64,000 nt of DNA, taken from the NCBI RefSeq assembly GCF_001194135.2, contig NC_068997.1, positions 38,889,903 to 38,953,902 on the forward strand, written 5' to 3'. The stretch is from Octopus bimaculoides (Eukaryota). The position numbers and the translations under genes were made by a program. How positions within the stretch are numbered: position 1 is the first letter of the stretch; each line of letters opens with the position of its first letter. Shown piece after piece: positions 63,235 to 64,000 of this stretch. The notes under the pieces are model-generated. The model did no database searches. It saw only the letters and a program-made list of their open reading frames with translations, and was not told the DNA's origin.

Positions 63235-64000
63235 ATATATATATATGTATGTATATAAGTGTGTATGTACATAAAAAATATTAATAGGAGAAGAAGGATT
63301 TATTACATATCAGTATAGCTGGTTCAACGCGTCATTACCAGCTGTTCATTGCCGAACGTTACATGTATTATGCACAACATTACATGAGTATCACTCAGCA
63401 ATAGCCGTATATACGCATCTTCAGGTGAATAGAATAGAAAGCCCTATTAATTCATATTTTGATTTTCCACTTTTTATATCTAGACCGAAAAACTATTTTT
63501 AGCATTCTACACAAAAGAGATACAGAGAAATACAGAGAGATACAAATGACAAAAGTCAACAAAAATAAATTAAGAGCAATAAAAGATAAAGTAACAGCAT
63601 ATCCGTTCAACGTAGTTTGCTACACACATTTTCACTACACTCTCTTAATAATACTAGCCATTTTGTTTGTAACTAACAATCAGGCCCTTTAAAGAAAACG
63701 TATGAAACCCTGTTCACACTTATTTCACTCTCACCTTCTATCTAATTCTTCTTGTTGCTTTTTTTTTCTAGAAATTCTTTCACTTGATCCCTCATCATAA
63801 TTGTTCTTTGAAAATTTATCAATCTTCTTTAGTTAATTTATGTATTGTGTGGGGACCGACATGCCAAAAGAATAGACCCAACGTTTCCTCGGCGAGCCGT
63901 AAAAGGCGATTAAAGAGGTTGCTGTAGGATTTGCACTCCGACTCCATAAAACCCTTAGCAGCAACGACTGCCGAAGCAGATCCATGGACCGGAGGGTTGT

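Noticed and set aside
1649-63284. Many long ORFs in the track (poly-X, YIYI, THTH, VCMY, poly-S/V/L/Y, QPTN)
   Set aside because: They are artefacts of N gaps and microsatellite translation, not coding sequence.
63390-63432. Minus-strand CTGAAGA followed by a small hairpin
   Set aside because: No GAAA or NUH triplet follows.
1-64000. tRNA-like A/B-box segments as real tRNA genes
   Set aside because: None closes an acceptor stem, and all continue into multicopy SINE bodies.

Overview
AT-rich, microsatellite-riddled animal genomic DNA with many N gaps, almost all bounded by simple repeats. The repeat complement looks like a cephalopod (Octopus-type) draft scaffold; this is inference, not verified. 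I recognise no host protein-coding exon, tRNA, rRNA or CRISPR array, so the window reads as intronic or intergenic. It is a layered collection of decayed mobile elements: at least five tRNA-derived SINE types, mariner transposons and MITEs, a hAT remnant, R4/Dong-type RLE LINEs, RTE LINE fragments and Penelope-like elements (PLEs). The main hidden signal is a set of minimal type-I hammerhead ribozyme (HHR) motifs. Five are clear (387-440, 1569-1622, 18234-18279 minus, 38818-38856, 57774-57815) and one is decayed (47178-47234 minus). Two of them show compensatory stem I changes, and one sits inside a tRNA-headed SINE-like element, a candidate hammerhead-bearing SINE mobilised by PLEs. A second notable signal is an R4-type LINE family whose junctions repeatedly abut (ATAC)n microsatellites. 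All alignments and folds were done by eye and coordinates of decayed elements are approximate.
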